A stretch of DNA of 64,000 nt from Acidobacteria bacterium UBA6911 (GTDB taxonomy: Bacteria; Acidobacteriota; UBA6911; RPQK01; JAJDTT01): the NCBI GenBank assembly GCA_963579905.1, contig CAUZIZ010000007.1, positions 1,462-65,461 of the forward strand, written 5' to 3'. This document shows, piece after piece, positions 41,091-51,700 of this stretch. Within the stretch, counting starts at the first letter, position 1. Each line of letters opens with the position of its first letter. Position numbers and translations under genes: made by a program. A model generated the notes under the pieces. That model did no database searches, was not told where the DNA came from, and worked only from the letters and a program-made list of their open reading frames with translations.

Positions 41091-42623
41091 TTACAGGGGA
41101 TTTCTCAGCTGCAAAAGGAGCTCGAGCATGGTTTCTATATGGACGGTCTCCTGAGTGGCTGTCTTGGGGCGGGTGCGGATAATCATGTCCTCCAGGGTGG
41201 CAATGGCTGACTCCGTTCTCTTCTCCAAGCTCGCTTGCAGGTTGAGTCTGAGGGCGGCTCTGGAATCCTCGTCCAAATCGAGCTGGTCCAGCCGTGCCAG
41301 CGATTTCTCCAGTTCCTTCACCCCGTTGACGGCACAGTAGGCGGCGGCCAGAAAGAGGCTCACGGCTCTTTTAGGCTCCTCTTCGTCGTTGATGAGTCCG
41401 AGCCGATAGTAGGCATCGCAAATCTCACCGGTTCTGGTTGCATCCTCAAACTCGGCTTCGGCACTCTCGGGGGAGTAGTCCCTCAGGTGGATCAGACCGG
41501 AGACGTAGCTCACCATCTCGGATTTTGGCTGATACTGCTTGGCCTTATCGATCCACTCGCGCGCCTCGCCCAGTGCGCCGATGAGATAGTGGTTGTACCC
41601 CTGGTAGTAGGGGATCTGGTCGCGGTAGTAGGAGGTCAATTCTTGTCCGAAATCGCCCCATCGGTCCTGGTTCGCCAGCAGACGATCCAGCGCTATGTTG
41701 GACTCGATGTTCTTCTCCAGGTAATGCAGGGCTACCGCCTTTCCGAAGAGTGCAGCGGGATTCTCCGGATCGAAGGACAGCGCGCGCTCGAAGTTTGTAA
41801 TCGCTTTCTCACTGTCCAGGACTATGAAGAGCCAGAAATCTCCCAGCGCCGTGTGGGCCTTGGTGTAGTCGGGCACCAGCTCGATGGCCCTGGCCAGGGA
41901 CTCGATTCCGTCTGCATACCTGGTTTTCTCCAGAAGGAAACCTCCTCGATAGAGAAAGTGTTCGGCGAAACGAGGGTCCGGCTCTGGCAGACCCTCGACG
42001 TCCGGACGTCCCTCCTTCTGCACGATGTACAAGGTCAGGGGAGAGGACGGGAAATCCTGGATGAACTGATCGCGAAATTCTTCGCAGGCAGCTGGGTTGT
42101 CCGCACCGATAGCGAGCAGGTCGAGATAGGCGCTGAGAACCGGTTCTGCCTCGCCTGGTGAGAGAACAGATCCAAGGAATTCGTACTTGGCATCGCCTCG
42201 CTCTTTGGCACTGAGGTAGGCATCGGCCAATCCGCATAACCTGAATGGACCTTCCGGCGCCTTCCCACACAGCTCGTCCAGCACTTCCAAAACGGACGCG
42301 TCTGGGATGTTTTCCTGCCTCTCTCGGATGATTCGAAGAATCCCCGTCAAGAGGAGTTTGTCAGTGAGCTCGTTGGTCTCCTTGACTAGCCGGGCCTTTT
42401 TGTAGAAGCTCTCCGCCTTCCTCCAACCGTAGAGGTGCTGTTGGCGAAAGTAGGTATCGGCCTCGGCCACACGAGCCTGAAACTCAGGTTCCCTGGGGTC
42501 TTCTACACGAACCTCGATCTGCCTTTTTATGCAGCTCAGAAGCAGAGCACCGACTACCAGGAGAGTCGCGGCCCAAAGCCCGGCGACCACAAGAGAGCGC
42601 TGCCGGCATAGGGTCTGAAGCAT
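41091..42623 (-). CDS. Tetratricopeptide repeat protein with N-terminal membrane anchor
   Basis: LARAIELVPDYTKAHTALG, FERALSFDPENPAALFGKA. Confidence 0.8.
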   Translation of the reverse strand: MLQTLCRQRSLVVAGLWAATLLVVGALLLSCIKRQIEVRVEDPREPEFQARVAEADTYFRQQHLYGWRKAESFYKKARLVKETNELTDKLLLTGILRIIRERQENIPDASVLEVLDELCGKAPEGPFRLCGLADAYLSAKERGDAKYEFLGSVLSPGEAEPVLSAYLDLLAIGADNPAACEEFRDQFIQDFPSSPLTLYIVQKEGRPDVEGLPEPDPRFAEHFLYRGGFLLEKTRYADGIESLARAIELVPDYTKAHTALGDFWLFIVLDSEKAITNFERALSFDPENPAALFGKAVALHYLEKNIESNIALDRLLANQDRWGDFGQELTSYYRDQIPYYQGYNHYLIGALGEAREWIDKAKQYQPKSEMVSYVSGLIHLRDYSPESAEAEFEDATRTGEICDAYYRLGLINDEEEPKRAVSLFLAAAYCAVNGVKELEKSLARLDQLDLDEDSRAALRLNLQASLEKRTESAIATLEDMIIRTRPKTATQETVHIETMLELLLQLRNPL

Positions 42624-42760
42624 TCCGGATTCCGAAAGAGCCGAGGCGGGCAGTAAAGCCTTCTCCTATCTTGTCTCAGGACCTCATCCTGAAGTCTGCA
42701 CTAGCCTGATTCTCATAAATTTCCTACTATGTCGGTGCAATAATTCGGGCTCTCCTTCCC

Positions 42761-44293
42761 TTACTGTTGGGGCTCTTTCAGTTCTTTGACGTACACCTTC
42801 TCCACTCCGGCTCGCTTCAGTAGTTCAACTGTCTCTTTCACGTACTGACTCGGGGTTCCCGGTTTCGCGACAATCATGATCGGTTGGCCCGCAACCTCGG
42901 CCACCCAGTCAAAGAGCTTCTCGCCTTTCAGGCGCGTCTTACCCTCCCAGAGAATGCCGGCCTCGTCCATTAGGAGCGCCAGGTTACCCACCGCTGTTTC
43001 CCCTGCTCTCACGAAATTGATTGCGACATTACTCACGACGGAGACGGGTTTCCCATTAAGTGTCGTGGGGCCATAGCGCCATTCCCATACGGCCTCCAGA
43101 GCAGCGTCGTTGAGGAGGGGATGCCCTCTCAGTACCTTGAGATCCTGAACTTCACCTGCTTCGTCGACGAGCACTTACAGCATCACCAAGCCGATAACCC
43201 GCGCGGCACGAGCCATTTCCGGATAGACAGGCTCCACACGGTGGACCAGCTTCGACGCCTGCATATTGTTGCCAACCCGAATTGGACCCCCGGGAGCCTC
43301 GGCAGACTGCAGTGTCTCCTCTTCGGCTGGAGACGGGCTCTCCAAGGGGAACGCTTCGGCCACACCCCATCCGATTGCGCCGAGGAGCAGCGTGCAGACC
43401 AACAATGAAACTACCTGTCGACTCTTGGACATGGAAACCTCCTTTAGCATCAACTGAACCCGCTGATTGAGCTGACACTCTTGTAAGAATAGGGGGGCCG
43501 GTACCCTACGATCTGATATCCCGGAACTGGCCACCTTGACCAGCGATTCAAGGTAGAGCTTGCGTGCGCCCGTCATTTGAACGAGTTCCTGGTCGACCAC
43601 CTGCTCGCGGCTGAGCTGGATTCGGTTGATCAGCCAACGGATGGCCGGGTGAAACCAGAAAAGAGAGCGAAGGATCTCTTCGACCGTGTTGAAAAGCCAA
43701 TCCTGGCGCCTGACGTGGAGAAGTTCATGACAAACAATCGGCTGCTGAAACTTCTCGTCCAGATCCTCGAAGTACTCCGGCAAGAGCACGAGTGGACGAA
43801 AAAAGCCGAAGGCTACGGGTCCCTTGATATCTGGGGAAAGATAGATCTGCGGAGAAACTTCGATGCGCGACTGCAGTGCTTGCAGTTCAGGAGAAAGGGG
43901 AAACAACTCGCGGCGATTCCGTCTTCACTCCCGCAACCGGAAGAAGCCGGATCCAAGCCGGCCCAGCCGAATCAGGATTACAACCAGCACCAGAATGAGA
44001 ATCACCTCTGACGTCGGGAAACGATAGCCAATACTTCCAGCAGCGACAGGACCATCGAATTGGGAAAGGTCGGTCAACCCCTCGACCGAGAGTGGCACCG
44101 CTACCTCGGTCGAGTTCTAGGGCTGTAGTAGAGAAAAGAACACACCAAGGAAGAGGAGAAGTCGCCAGCAAGGGTGGACGACCTTGGCGACCTGGATCCG
44201 GAAGATCCAGGCCAAGATTCCCCCAGCCAATACCAACCCAAGCAGCTGCAGGCTATAGGAAAGAAGGTTTTCCAGCCATAGTTCAGGGTTCAT
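42761..44293 (-). pseudogene. BlaR1-like M56 peptidase-TonB C-terminal fusion, decayed
   Basis: MNPELWLENLLSYSLQ, frameshift, LLQP*, LRE*RR, HELLHVRRQD, FWFHP, REQVVD, VEPVYPEMARAARV.G.VML*VLVDEAG, YGPTTLNGKPV. Confidence 0.9.
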
Positions 44294-44658
44294 TCGCTCG
44301 CCTCAATCGCTTTCTCGATCTCCTTCAGGTTCTGACTGGACAGATCGAGTTGCTTTATCAGATGTACTACCAGCGCCTCACCCGATCCGTTGAAGACGCG
44401 CCCCACGAAGTCCTCCACCAAACCCAAGACCACCTGCTCCTTGGCCCGAGTGGGCTGATACACGTAGGCTCTGCCGTCTTCCCACTTGGTTAGGAACCCT
44501 TTCTGCTCCAAGGTCCGCATGGTGCTCATGACCGAGGTGTAGGCAATTGTGCGCCGTTCTCGCAGTGCCTCGTAGACATCCCTAACCGTGGCCGTTCCCG
44601 ATTCGGACCGCCAGATGAGCTTCATAACCTCGAGTTCTTGCTTTGCTAAGGTCAACAT
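44290..44658 (-). CDS. BlaI/MecI/CopY family transcriptional repressor
   Basis: LAKQELEVMKLIW, TVRDVYE, AYTSVMSTMRTLEQKG, GRAYVY, FNGS. Confidence 0.93.
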   Translation of the reverse strand: MLTLAKQELEVMKLIWRSESGTATVRDVYEALRERRTIAYTSVMSTMRTLEQKGFLTKWEDGRAYVYQPTRAKEQVVLGLVEDFVGRVFNGSGEALVVHLIKQLDLSSQNLKEIEKAIEASE

Positions 44659-44679
44659 ACTACTGTTACTATAGTATGT
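44655..44679. promoter_or_regulatory. Putative BlaI-type operator palindrome overlapping the blaI-like start codon
   Basis: ACATACTA-ctgttacta-TAGTATGT inverted repeat, reminiscent of ACTAC/GTAGT operators. Confidence 0.6.
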
Positions 44680-44758
44680 ATTTTCCCTTAGGCAAAGAGA
44701 TTTTTCAAGGATTTCCGGAGAAAGGGAACCTCGTCTAGGCACCTGGGTTCCGAACCGT

Positions 44759-45346
44759 CTAGAAACTATATCCGACGCTGCTGGTAATCATCAGCAAGGG
44801 ATTCCAGCCTACCCGAACCTCAGGCGATTTGAAAAGCCGGTCGTTGAGCATTACTTTGAATCCCACTCCTCCGCTGTACGCTAGGCCGTTTCCCGAAAAC
44901 GACTGGGAGACGAATCGGATGCGGTTCCGGTGGTGGAGCAGGCCCACGCCGCCGATTAAGTAGGGTCTCAGGCGTGAGTCAGGCCGGAAATCCAGCCCAC
45001 AGTTCAGGTTCAACACCAGGTCCCGGTCGAAACCCGGACCCTGCATGTATAGGACCTCGGGTCCAACACTGCACCGATGCGTCAGGTAGAATCGAGACCC
45101 TCCGCCAGCAACGAAGTGATTGATGGGGGCTTCGTCCGGAAAAGTGGAGTAGCCGAATTTGGCGCTCACCACTCCGCGATTTTGTTTGGGCTCGGAGCCT
45201 GTCGAAGCGAGACTCCCGTCGGCTCGTTGCTGCACCACAAACCCTTCAACATCCTCTCGCCGGGCGCCACCGTCCTGAGCATTCAGCGTGAATGTGAAGA
45301 TCAAGAGAACCGCGACCATACCTTTCATCAACGATCCTGCCACCAT
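44759..45346 (-). CDS. Outer membrane beta-barrel protein (OmpA-like membrane domain)
   Basis: Signal peptide, LRPYLIGGVG, GGVGFKV, C-terminal aromatic VGYSF. Confidence 0.8.
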   Translation of the reverse strand: MVAGSLMKGMVAVLLIFTFTLNAQDGGARREDVEGFVVQQRADGSLASTGSEPKQNRGVVSAKFGYSTFPDEAPINHFVAGGGSRFYLTHRCSVGPEVLYMQGPGFDRDLVLNLNCGLDFRPDSRLRPYLIGGVGLLHHRNRIRFVSQSFSGNGLAYSGGVGFKVMLNDRLFKSPEVRVGWNPLLMITSSVGYSF

Positions 45347-45529
45347 GGAATTCTCCTCCTTTTGCTTTTTGAAGACATGACTGTTCCGGCCGTACTCCCG
45401 GCTGAGCTTCCTCTTTGCAAGCCCTGCGAATTCCTCTCCCCAATCGGGTCAATCGACCCCGATTGATTTATGGGTCCTGCGTCAACGGAGGCTTATACTG
45501 GTGGCAAACAAACGGAGGAGGTGTCGAAC

Positions 45530-46051
45530 ATGAGCAGCATTCTTTCCTCGATTAAATCTGAATTCCGCAGGTACAGAACCCTGGGTGAAGGAGCTATCTC
45601 GCAGCTCCTGTAAGGTGAGTCGTCGGAGCCGGGGGCTGGGGGAGGCAATTCCGTGGCCACTCTCGTCTGCCATATGGCCGGGAATCTGAAGTCGCGCTTT
45701 ACCGACTTTCTGAGTTCGGATGGAGAGAAGCCCTGGCGCAAAAGGGACTCGGAGTTCGTGTCCCGGAAAGTCAGCCGTTCTGAACTACGGGAGAAGTGGA
45801 ATGACGGCTGGGACTGCCTGTTTGCGTCTCTTGAAGACCTCTCAGACGGCAACCTGGGGGATCGGGTGTCAATCCGGTGTCAGCAGTTGACGGTGCATGA
45901 AGCACTCCACAGATCGCTGGCCCATGTCAGCTATCACGTCGGTCAGATCGTCTACATCGCCAAATCATTTCGAGGAGACTCCTGAAGATTCTTGAGTATC
46001 CCTCCCGGAGAGTCGGAGAAATACAATCTCAATCCCAGCAGTGAGCAGTGA
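45530..46051 (+). pseudogene. DUF1572 / DinB-like protein with two in-frame stops
   Basis: MSSILSSIKSEFRRYRTLGE.AI.QL* (TAA 45611), NS.A..V.H.AGNL.SRFTDFL.SDGEKPWR.RD.EF, HVGQIVY, GDS*RFLSIPPG (TGA 45983). Confidence 0.9.
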
Positions 46052-46072
46052 GCGGAAGCAGCTAATCCGACA

Positions 46073-46184
46073 GCGCCGCCAACGGGTGCACTAGCAGTAT
46101 GACGAAGCCAGGTTGGGCAGAGAACGACTTGAATCGCCAGCAGAATGAGCCCCGGTTCCGAGGAGAGGGCCGGACAGCAGCACT
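46073..46184 (+). repeat. Dispersed repeat family, degenerate core copy
   Basis: CGCCGCCAACGGGTGCACTAGCAG..ACGAAGCCA..GAACGACTTGA..AATGAGCCCCGGTTCCGAGGAGAGGGCCGGACAGC. Confidence 0.75.
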
Positions 46185-46209
46185 CACTGCTTCACTGCTC
46201 ACTATTCCG

Positions 46210-47571
46210 CTAAAGCCCTTGCCACACGGGTCCATCACCCGTCTCTCTCCATACCTTTCGGAACTCCGGGCTGCCATCGTCGTCCCAATGGTCGGTCCGA
46301 ATGGGATTGCCGTACCCGGGAACGGGTCCCGGGAGAGTGGAGGAGCCGGTGTGAAGGGCGTGTCTCTTCTGGTCGGGTCGCAGATAGAGGGTGGGACCGT
46401 TCCCATATCGGACCCGAAACAGGAATCGTCCCGGATCGGGCCTGGAAGCGGCAGCATACTGCTCGCACTTCTGCTGATCCAGACTCAACCCGAGTCCTGG
46501 GCCCTCTGGAACCTGAACGCTTCCAGCCACGACGGGAATTGACTCGACGGTAACGTCGTCCTTCCAGAGGTTGGCCAGGGGAATTCCGGGAAGCGTCGCC
46601 ATCTTGTAGACGGCCGCCTGGTGAGCCAGGAAGGCCATGCTGAGGTTGCCTCCCGGCAGCTGCAGGATAAAGGGCATGCGTGTGCTCTCGGCCAACGCCG
46701 CCAGTCTCATGTTTGTGCCCACCGGGAAACGTGAGGCGACGAAGCCATCGCAAAGTCCATGGCGGACATAGAACTCGGTGGAATCCAACGCATGGTGAAA
46801 GATCAGGGGCAGGCCACACTTTGTACGAAGGGCCTTCCAGGCTTCATGGTCCTCGATGTTGATGGGATCCTCGATCTCTCCTGCCACCGGGAATTTCTCA
46901 AGCTCCCTCAAGACTGGGTAGACAGCGGCCAATTCCGAATCGGCATTGAAGTCATAGTGGATCTTGAAGCCTGGCGGAGCGGCGTCCTGCATGGCAGCGG
47001 TCTGATCGATGGCGTTCTGAAACACATCCACGTGATACTTGAGCCAGCGGTAGCCACGGGCCGAGACCTGCCGGACCTCCTCGGCCATGGCCTCGGGAGG
47101 CTGGGAGACCGTCCAGGCAGCCACCGGTACCCACTTGCGAACCTGTGGGCCCAACAGCTTCCAAAGGGGGACGCCCAAGATCTTTCCCATCAGATCGTAC
47201 AAGGCCATGCTCATGGGCATGTTGTGGGTAGTGGCGAACCAGTCGAACGGAGTGGTCCCAAGATATTGTGACAAGTCTTCGCCTGGCGTCTTGAGTGCCC
47301 ATTTCTCGCCGTAGCCCTCCAAACCCGTGTCCGTACGGACGATGTAGATGGTCCGAACCGGGATATCGGATTGGCTTCGGAAGAGGGCCCTAGCGTTGTA
47401 ATCGTGGAGCGGCGAGATAATCTCCTGCACCTCGACTTCAGTAATTCTGGGCTGGCGGGAGGGAGCCTGCTGGAAATACCGGGCGCTGCCCCACAAAGGC
47501 ATCCCCGAGGCAATTCCGGCCGTACTTGCGGTGAACATCTTCAGGGCGTGGCGGCGATTGAGCAATTTCAT
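46210..47571 (-). CDS. Mandelate racemase/muconate lactonizing enzyme (enolase superfamily), Tat signal
   Basis: NRRHALK leader, TDTGLEGYGE, MALYDLMGK.LGVP..KLLG, WLKYH, DFN, EDP. Confidence 0.9.
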   Translation of the reverse strand: MKLLNRRHALKMFTASTAGIASGMPLWGSARYFQQAPSRQPRITEVEVQEIISPLHDYNARALFRSQSDIPVRTIYIVRTDTGLEGYGEKWALKTPGEDLSQYLGTTPFDWFATTHNMPMSMALYDLMGKILGVPLWKLLGPQVRKWVPVAAWTVSQPPEAMAEEVRQVSARGYRWLKYHVDVFQNAIDQTAAMQDAAPPGFKIHYDFNADSELAAVYPVLRELEKFPVAGEIEDPINIEDHEAWKALRTKCGLPLIFHHALDSTEFYVRHGLCDGFVASRFPVGTNMRLAALAESTRMPFILQLPGGNLSMAFLAHQAAVYKMATLPGIPLANLWKDDVTVESIPVVAGSVQVPEGPGLGLSLDQQKCEQYAAASRPDPGRFLFRVRYGNGPTLYLRPDQKRHALHTGSSTLPGPVPGYGNPIRTDHWDDDGSPEFRKVWRETGDGPVWQGL

Positions 47572-47729
47572 GATGAGAGCGCTGGAATTGGCATCGACTG
47601 GGTCCGTCCTGAGAAGGATCCTTCTCTCCACACTCGGTGTCAAGGGAAGACTGTATTCGCGGTCGAGCAGAGGCTGCACACTTTTCAAGCAATTTGAGCA
47701 GGCAACCCGTAAGGTGGTGTAATGATCTT

Positions 47730-48482
47730 GTGAGGAGGCGCTCTTTCTTCCAGGTCGTCCTGACCCTCGTGGGTTCTACCTTGGTGTTTGCAGCCGGTCT
47801 ATACTTCGTTCGCGCCCCACTCTTGAATCGGTTGGGACAGATCCTGGTTCATCAGGATGCCTTGAGTCGTGCCGATGCCGTTACTGTCATCCCCGGCCCT
47901 GGCAGGGAGAGAATGAGGACTGGGATACGGCTCTTCAAAGAAGGATTTGCCGAGAGACTTATACTCTCAGGATCTTGGCCGGATTCACTGGTTCAAACGG
48001 CACTCAACGCCGGCGTTCCGGCTTCCAGAATCGTGTACCAGAAATCGACTCCGAAAGACTATCTCTGTTCGAAATGCTCAGCCCCTATCAGTGGTACGGA
48101 CGGGGATGCTCAGGTTATCGTGCGACTGATGGAGGAATCAGGGATGGCCAGCATCATCGTGGTTACCTCAGATTATCATAGCGCTCGGACCGCTTCGGCG
48201 TTCCGCCAGGTTCTCAGGGGCACCCCAATCGAGTTGATGCTCCAACCCACCAAGGAGCAGTTTCCCGACCTCCAATACTGGTGGAGAGACCGGAACAGCG
48301 CCTGGCTGATCACTGGGCAGCTGCAAAAAACCGTGTTTTCACTTTTCTCCGAACAGCTGCCCGATTGTCTTTTGCATCCGCTGCAGGCCCCTGTGTCTGA
48401 CATCGCCTACAAGCTCCAATCCATACTCTTGCCGCATCCCGACTTCATGAGGCTGAGACGGGGCGCACAAGGTCAGGACTAA
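47730..48482 (+). CDS. YdcF / DUF218 family protein
   Basis: N-terminal TM, LILSG, IIVVTSDYHSAR. Confidence 0.85.
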   Translation: MRRRSFFQVVLTLVGSTLVFAAGLYFVRAPLLNRLGQILVHQDALSRADAVTVIPGPGRERMRTGIRLFKEGFAERLILSGSWPDSLVQTALNAGVPASRIVYQKSTPKDYLCSKCSAPISGTDGDAQVIVRLMEESGMASIIVVTSDYHSARTASAFRQVLRGTPIELMLQPTKEQFPDLQYWWRDRNSAWLITGQLQKTVFSLFSEQLPDCLLHPLQAPVSDIAYKLQSILLPHPDFMRLRRGAQGQD

Positions 48483-48664
48483 GGGTGCGTTCAAGAATAA
48501 ACTTTGCAGAGTTAGCGCTCAGCTTTGCGCCAGATTTGGTCGCGAACGATTGAGCGAAACCGCAGGCGCAGCCGGGTCAACATTGAGGATTTCGCGATTG
48601 AGGAGCGGCCGAAGATGGTGTGAAGATGAGATGCCAAAATGCAAAGTTATTTTTGCGCAGACCC
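48483..48664. mobile_element. IS5-like MITE, second full copy (inverted), TAA target duplication
   Basis: Reverse complement of 26065-26245; TAA at 48480-82 (the YdcF stop codon) and 48665-67. Confidence 0.9.
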
Positions 48665-48778
48665 TAAGTTAGCCTCCGAAGCGGGGAAACAGCCTGCCAG
48701 TCCGGTGCTGAAGCCTAACCCTATACCAACATCGAAGTTATCGCTATCATTGGGGAGTCCCATCTAGTAGGGGTATTT

Positions 48779-51700
48779 ATGATGAAAGATTGGCTGGCCC
48801 GGCGAGTTCTTCTAGCTGTCTCGCTTTTCTGCGCGTCGACCGCTTTCTTCATTACCGGGATTGCAGCGCCCAAGTCTCTGGGCGACTTAACGGGACCCTG
48901 GCAGCTGTGCCTGGACGATTACCTCATCCAGGAAAAATCCGGAGTGGTTCGGCGCTATCACCCCTTCGAAAAGCATGCCTCCAATCCCGTGCTGAAACCG
49001 GATCAGCCCTGGGAAGGGGAGGTTGCCTACCTGTTCGGCTCCGTTCTTCCAAACGAGAGCAGGACTGGTTATCGGATGTGGTATCACACCCATCGCGGCT
49101 ATCGGAATCTATACGCTACCAGCAAGGATGGGGTCCATTGGGTCAAGCCCGAGCTAGGCATCGCGGAGTTCAACGGCTCTCGCGCAAACAACATCTTCAT
49201 CGAGAGGCCGAAGGAGAGCCATCTTCCTATCATCATCCATACGCCCTGGGAAACAGACCCAAACCGCGGCTACAAACTGATCTACTACGATTACGGGCGC
49301 ACGGACGCGAAGCATCCTGTCAGCGGATTCTACGGGGCCTACTCACCCGACGGGATACATTGGAGCAAGGAGTTGCCGGAGCCGATTCTTCCCGATCCCG
49401 GCGACGTCGGGAACTTCGTCTGGGATCCCAACCGAAGCCGCTACATCGGCTACGCCAAGATCTTTGCGGCAGTTCGTGGATTCCGTCGTCGCAGCATCGG
49501 CTTCACCTCGACCAGCGACTTCGAGCACTGGCCTCCGACGGAGTTGGTCCTGACGCCCGACGAAGTCGATGACCGCTGGGTCGAGAGCGACCGGCAGCAC
49601 ACCGATTTCTATGGACTGGCGGCGTTCCCCTACGAGTCCATGTACCTGGGCTTCCTCTGGGTATTCCGCATCACCGAAGGGACCAACGATGGCCCCATCC
49701 ACCTGGAGCTGGTCAGCAGCCGTGACGGGATTCGTTGGAAGCGGCAAGAAGGAGACCGGCCCCCGATGCTGGCCCTGGGTTCCGCCGGACGCTGGGATGG
49801 GGGGATGCTCCATACCGCGACTCAACCCCTGGTCAGCGGCGATACCATCAATCTATTCTATGGAGCTTCCGATCAGACCCACTCGAGTTCCATAGCCGGT
49901 GGTTGGGGAAACTGCGCCATTGGGCTGGCTACCCTGAGAAAAGATGGTTTCGCCTCTTTGGATGCCGGAGCCGAAATAGCGACGATCACAACTCGGCCCA
50001 TCGATAATCTTCAAGGACGACTCTACCTTAACGCCGACGCCAGGAATGGTTGGATCAAGGTTGAAATCCTGGATGACGCCGGCAAGGTCGTACCAGGCTT
50101 TGGATTGGATGAATGCCAACCCCTCAAGGAGGATGCTGTAAAACAGGGGGTCAGTTGGGGACAACTGCAAGCTCTGCCGCCAGCGAAGGCTCCTCGGAGA
50201 GTTCGCTTCCAGCTTCAAAATGCCTCCCTCTACGCTTTCCGTGCGGATCAGCCGGTCTCCCTGGCCACAGCACCGGAGCCCCTGAAGATCCTTCTCGACT
50301 TCGAGGACGATGGCGACAGCCCTATCGCTGACAAGGCGGTCGCGGACGGTCGGCAGAAGACACGTCTTTACCACTCCGCCAGGGTCATCCAGGACCAGGG
50401 CAAAGCCGCCAGAGGCACGGGTGCCCTGGAATTCGGAGGTAGCGGTATCACCCATGACGCCCTGGAGATTCTGGACACGAAGGATCTAGGTGAGCAATTT
50501 ACGCTGGCAGTGAGGCTGAATGCCCAACAGCGAAAGGGCCAGCGCCGTTCTTTCACAGCCCGCCCCATGCGCCTTTTCAGCTCCTATAGGGGAAGCGGCA
50601 AGCCCACTTCGGGCGAGCTCATCTTCGATTTTGACGCCAGGGCTGGAAGTCTGCGGTTCATTTGGAACGGGCAGACGGTCACTTCTCGATCAGGATGGAT
50701 TCAGAAGAACCAGTATTACCACCTGGCTGCCACCTATGATCGGGGACACGTCGAGCTCTTCCTGGATGGCGAGAACGTAGGCGAGGGAGATCTATTGCCC
50801 GGCACCGCCCACCTCTACTACGACGGCACTGTCCTCAGGCATCTCTCCTCAGCCAGCAACACACCTCAGGTGGGCGTGCATTTAGGCTCCAACCTGCGAG
50901 TGGGTCAAGACCTGGAGGGAGTCTTCGTCACCCACAAGAATCTGGACCAGAGCAGCTCCGAAAATCAGCTGTTCGGTCTCGTAGACGACATTCTCGTACA
51001 GCAGGGTCCTCCTGAGTTCCCACTCAGTGGGCGTCTTGCCGAAGACTCCGATTTTGTCCAAGCGATCGGGGAAATACAGACGTACGGAGTCGGCGGGGCC
51101 ATGGGCAAGGGCGGCTGGGCTCGATCCTTTCAGGGTCTCGATGGAACCATCTTCCTGCAGGGAGAGAAGAAGTCAACCGATGGCGGCAAGACCTTTGTCG
51201 ATCACAGTGGGCCCTCTTTCGAGGAAATCCTTAGGATCCCGGAGGGGGTGATCCACAATCGTTCTGGACTCTTCTATGCCGTCGATGGCCCGGTCGATCT
51301 CAAGTCGCAAGGGGTCTACTCGGTTAAAGCCTGGCGCTCGACGAATGGGTTCCGGACCCTCGAGACAGAAGAATCGACTGTGAGGATTCCAGGAGGGCCG
51401 GGTCGACAGAGGAAACCGGACGAATGGTACGGGTTCTACTTCTACCGAAACATGGTGGAACTGCCTAATGGGACGTTCTTGACCACCATGGAGGGGAATC
51501 TCGAGAAGGACAAGCTCCCACCCAACGACCGCCGCAGCGCCAGTGAGGCCCTCTACATGCAAAGAACCATTGTGGTGACCTCCCAGGACCAGGGGCGAAC
51601 CTGGGACTACCTCTCGACAGTGGCGGTGCCGGTGCCTGGAGATCCCGTGGGCGAGGGATTCGATGAGCCCACCATCCTGCGGCTACCCGATGGGCAGATC

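Noticed and set aside
28556-46051. Stop-codon reassignment (TGA or TAG read as Trp)
   Set aside because: The in-frame stops are of all three types and co-occur with frameshifts, and many intact genes end in TGA or TAG
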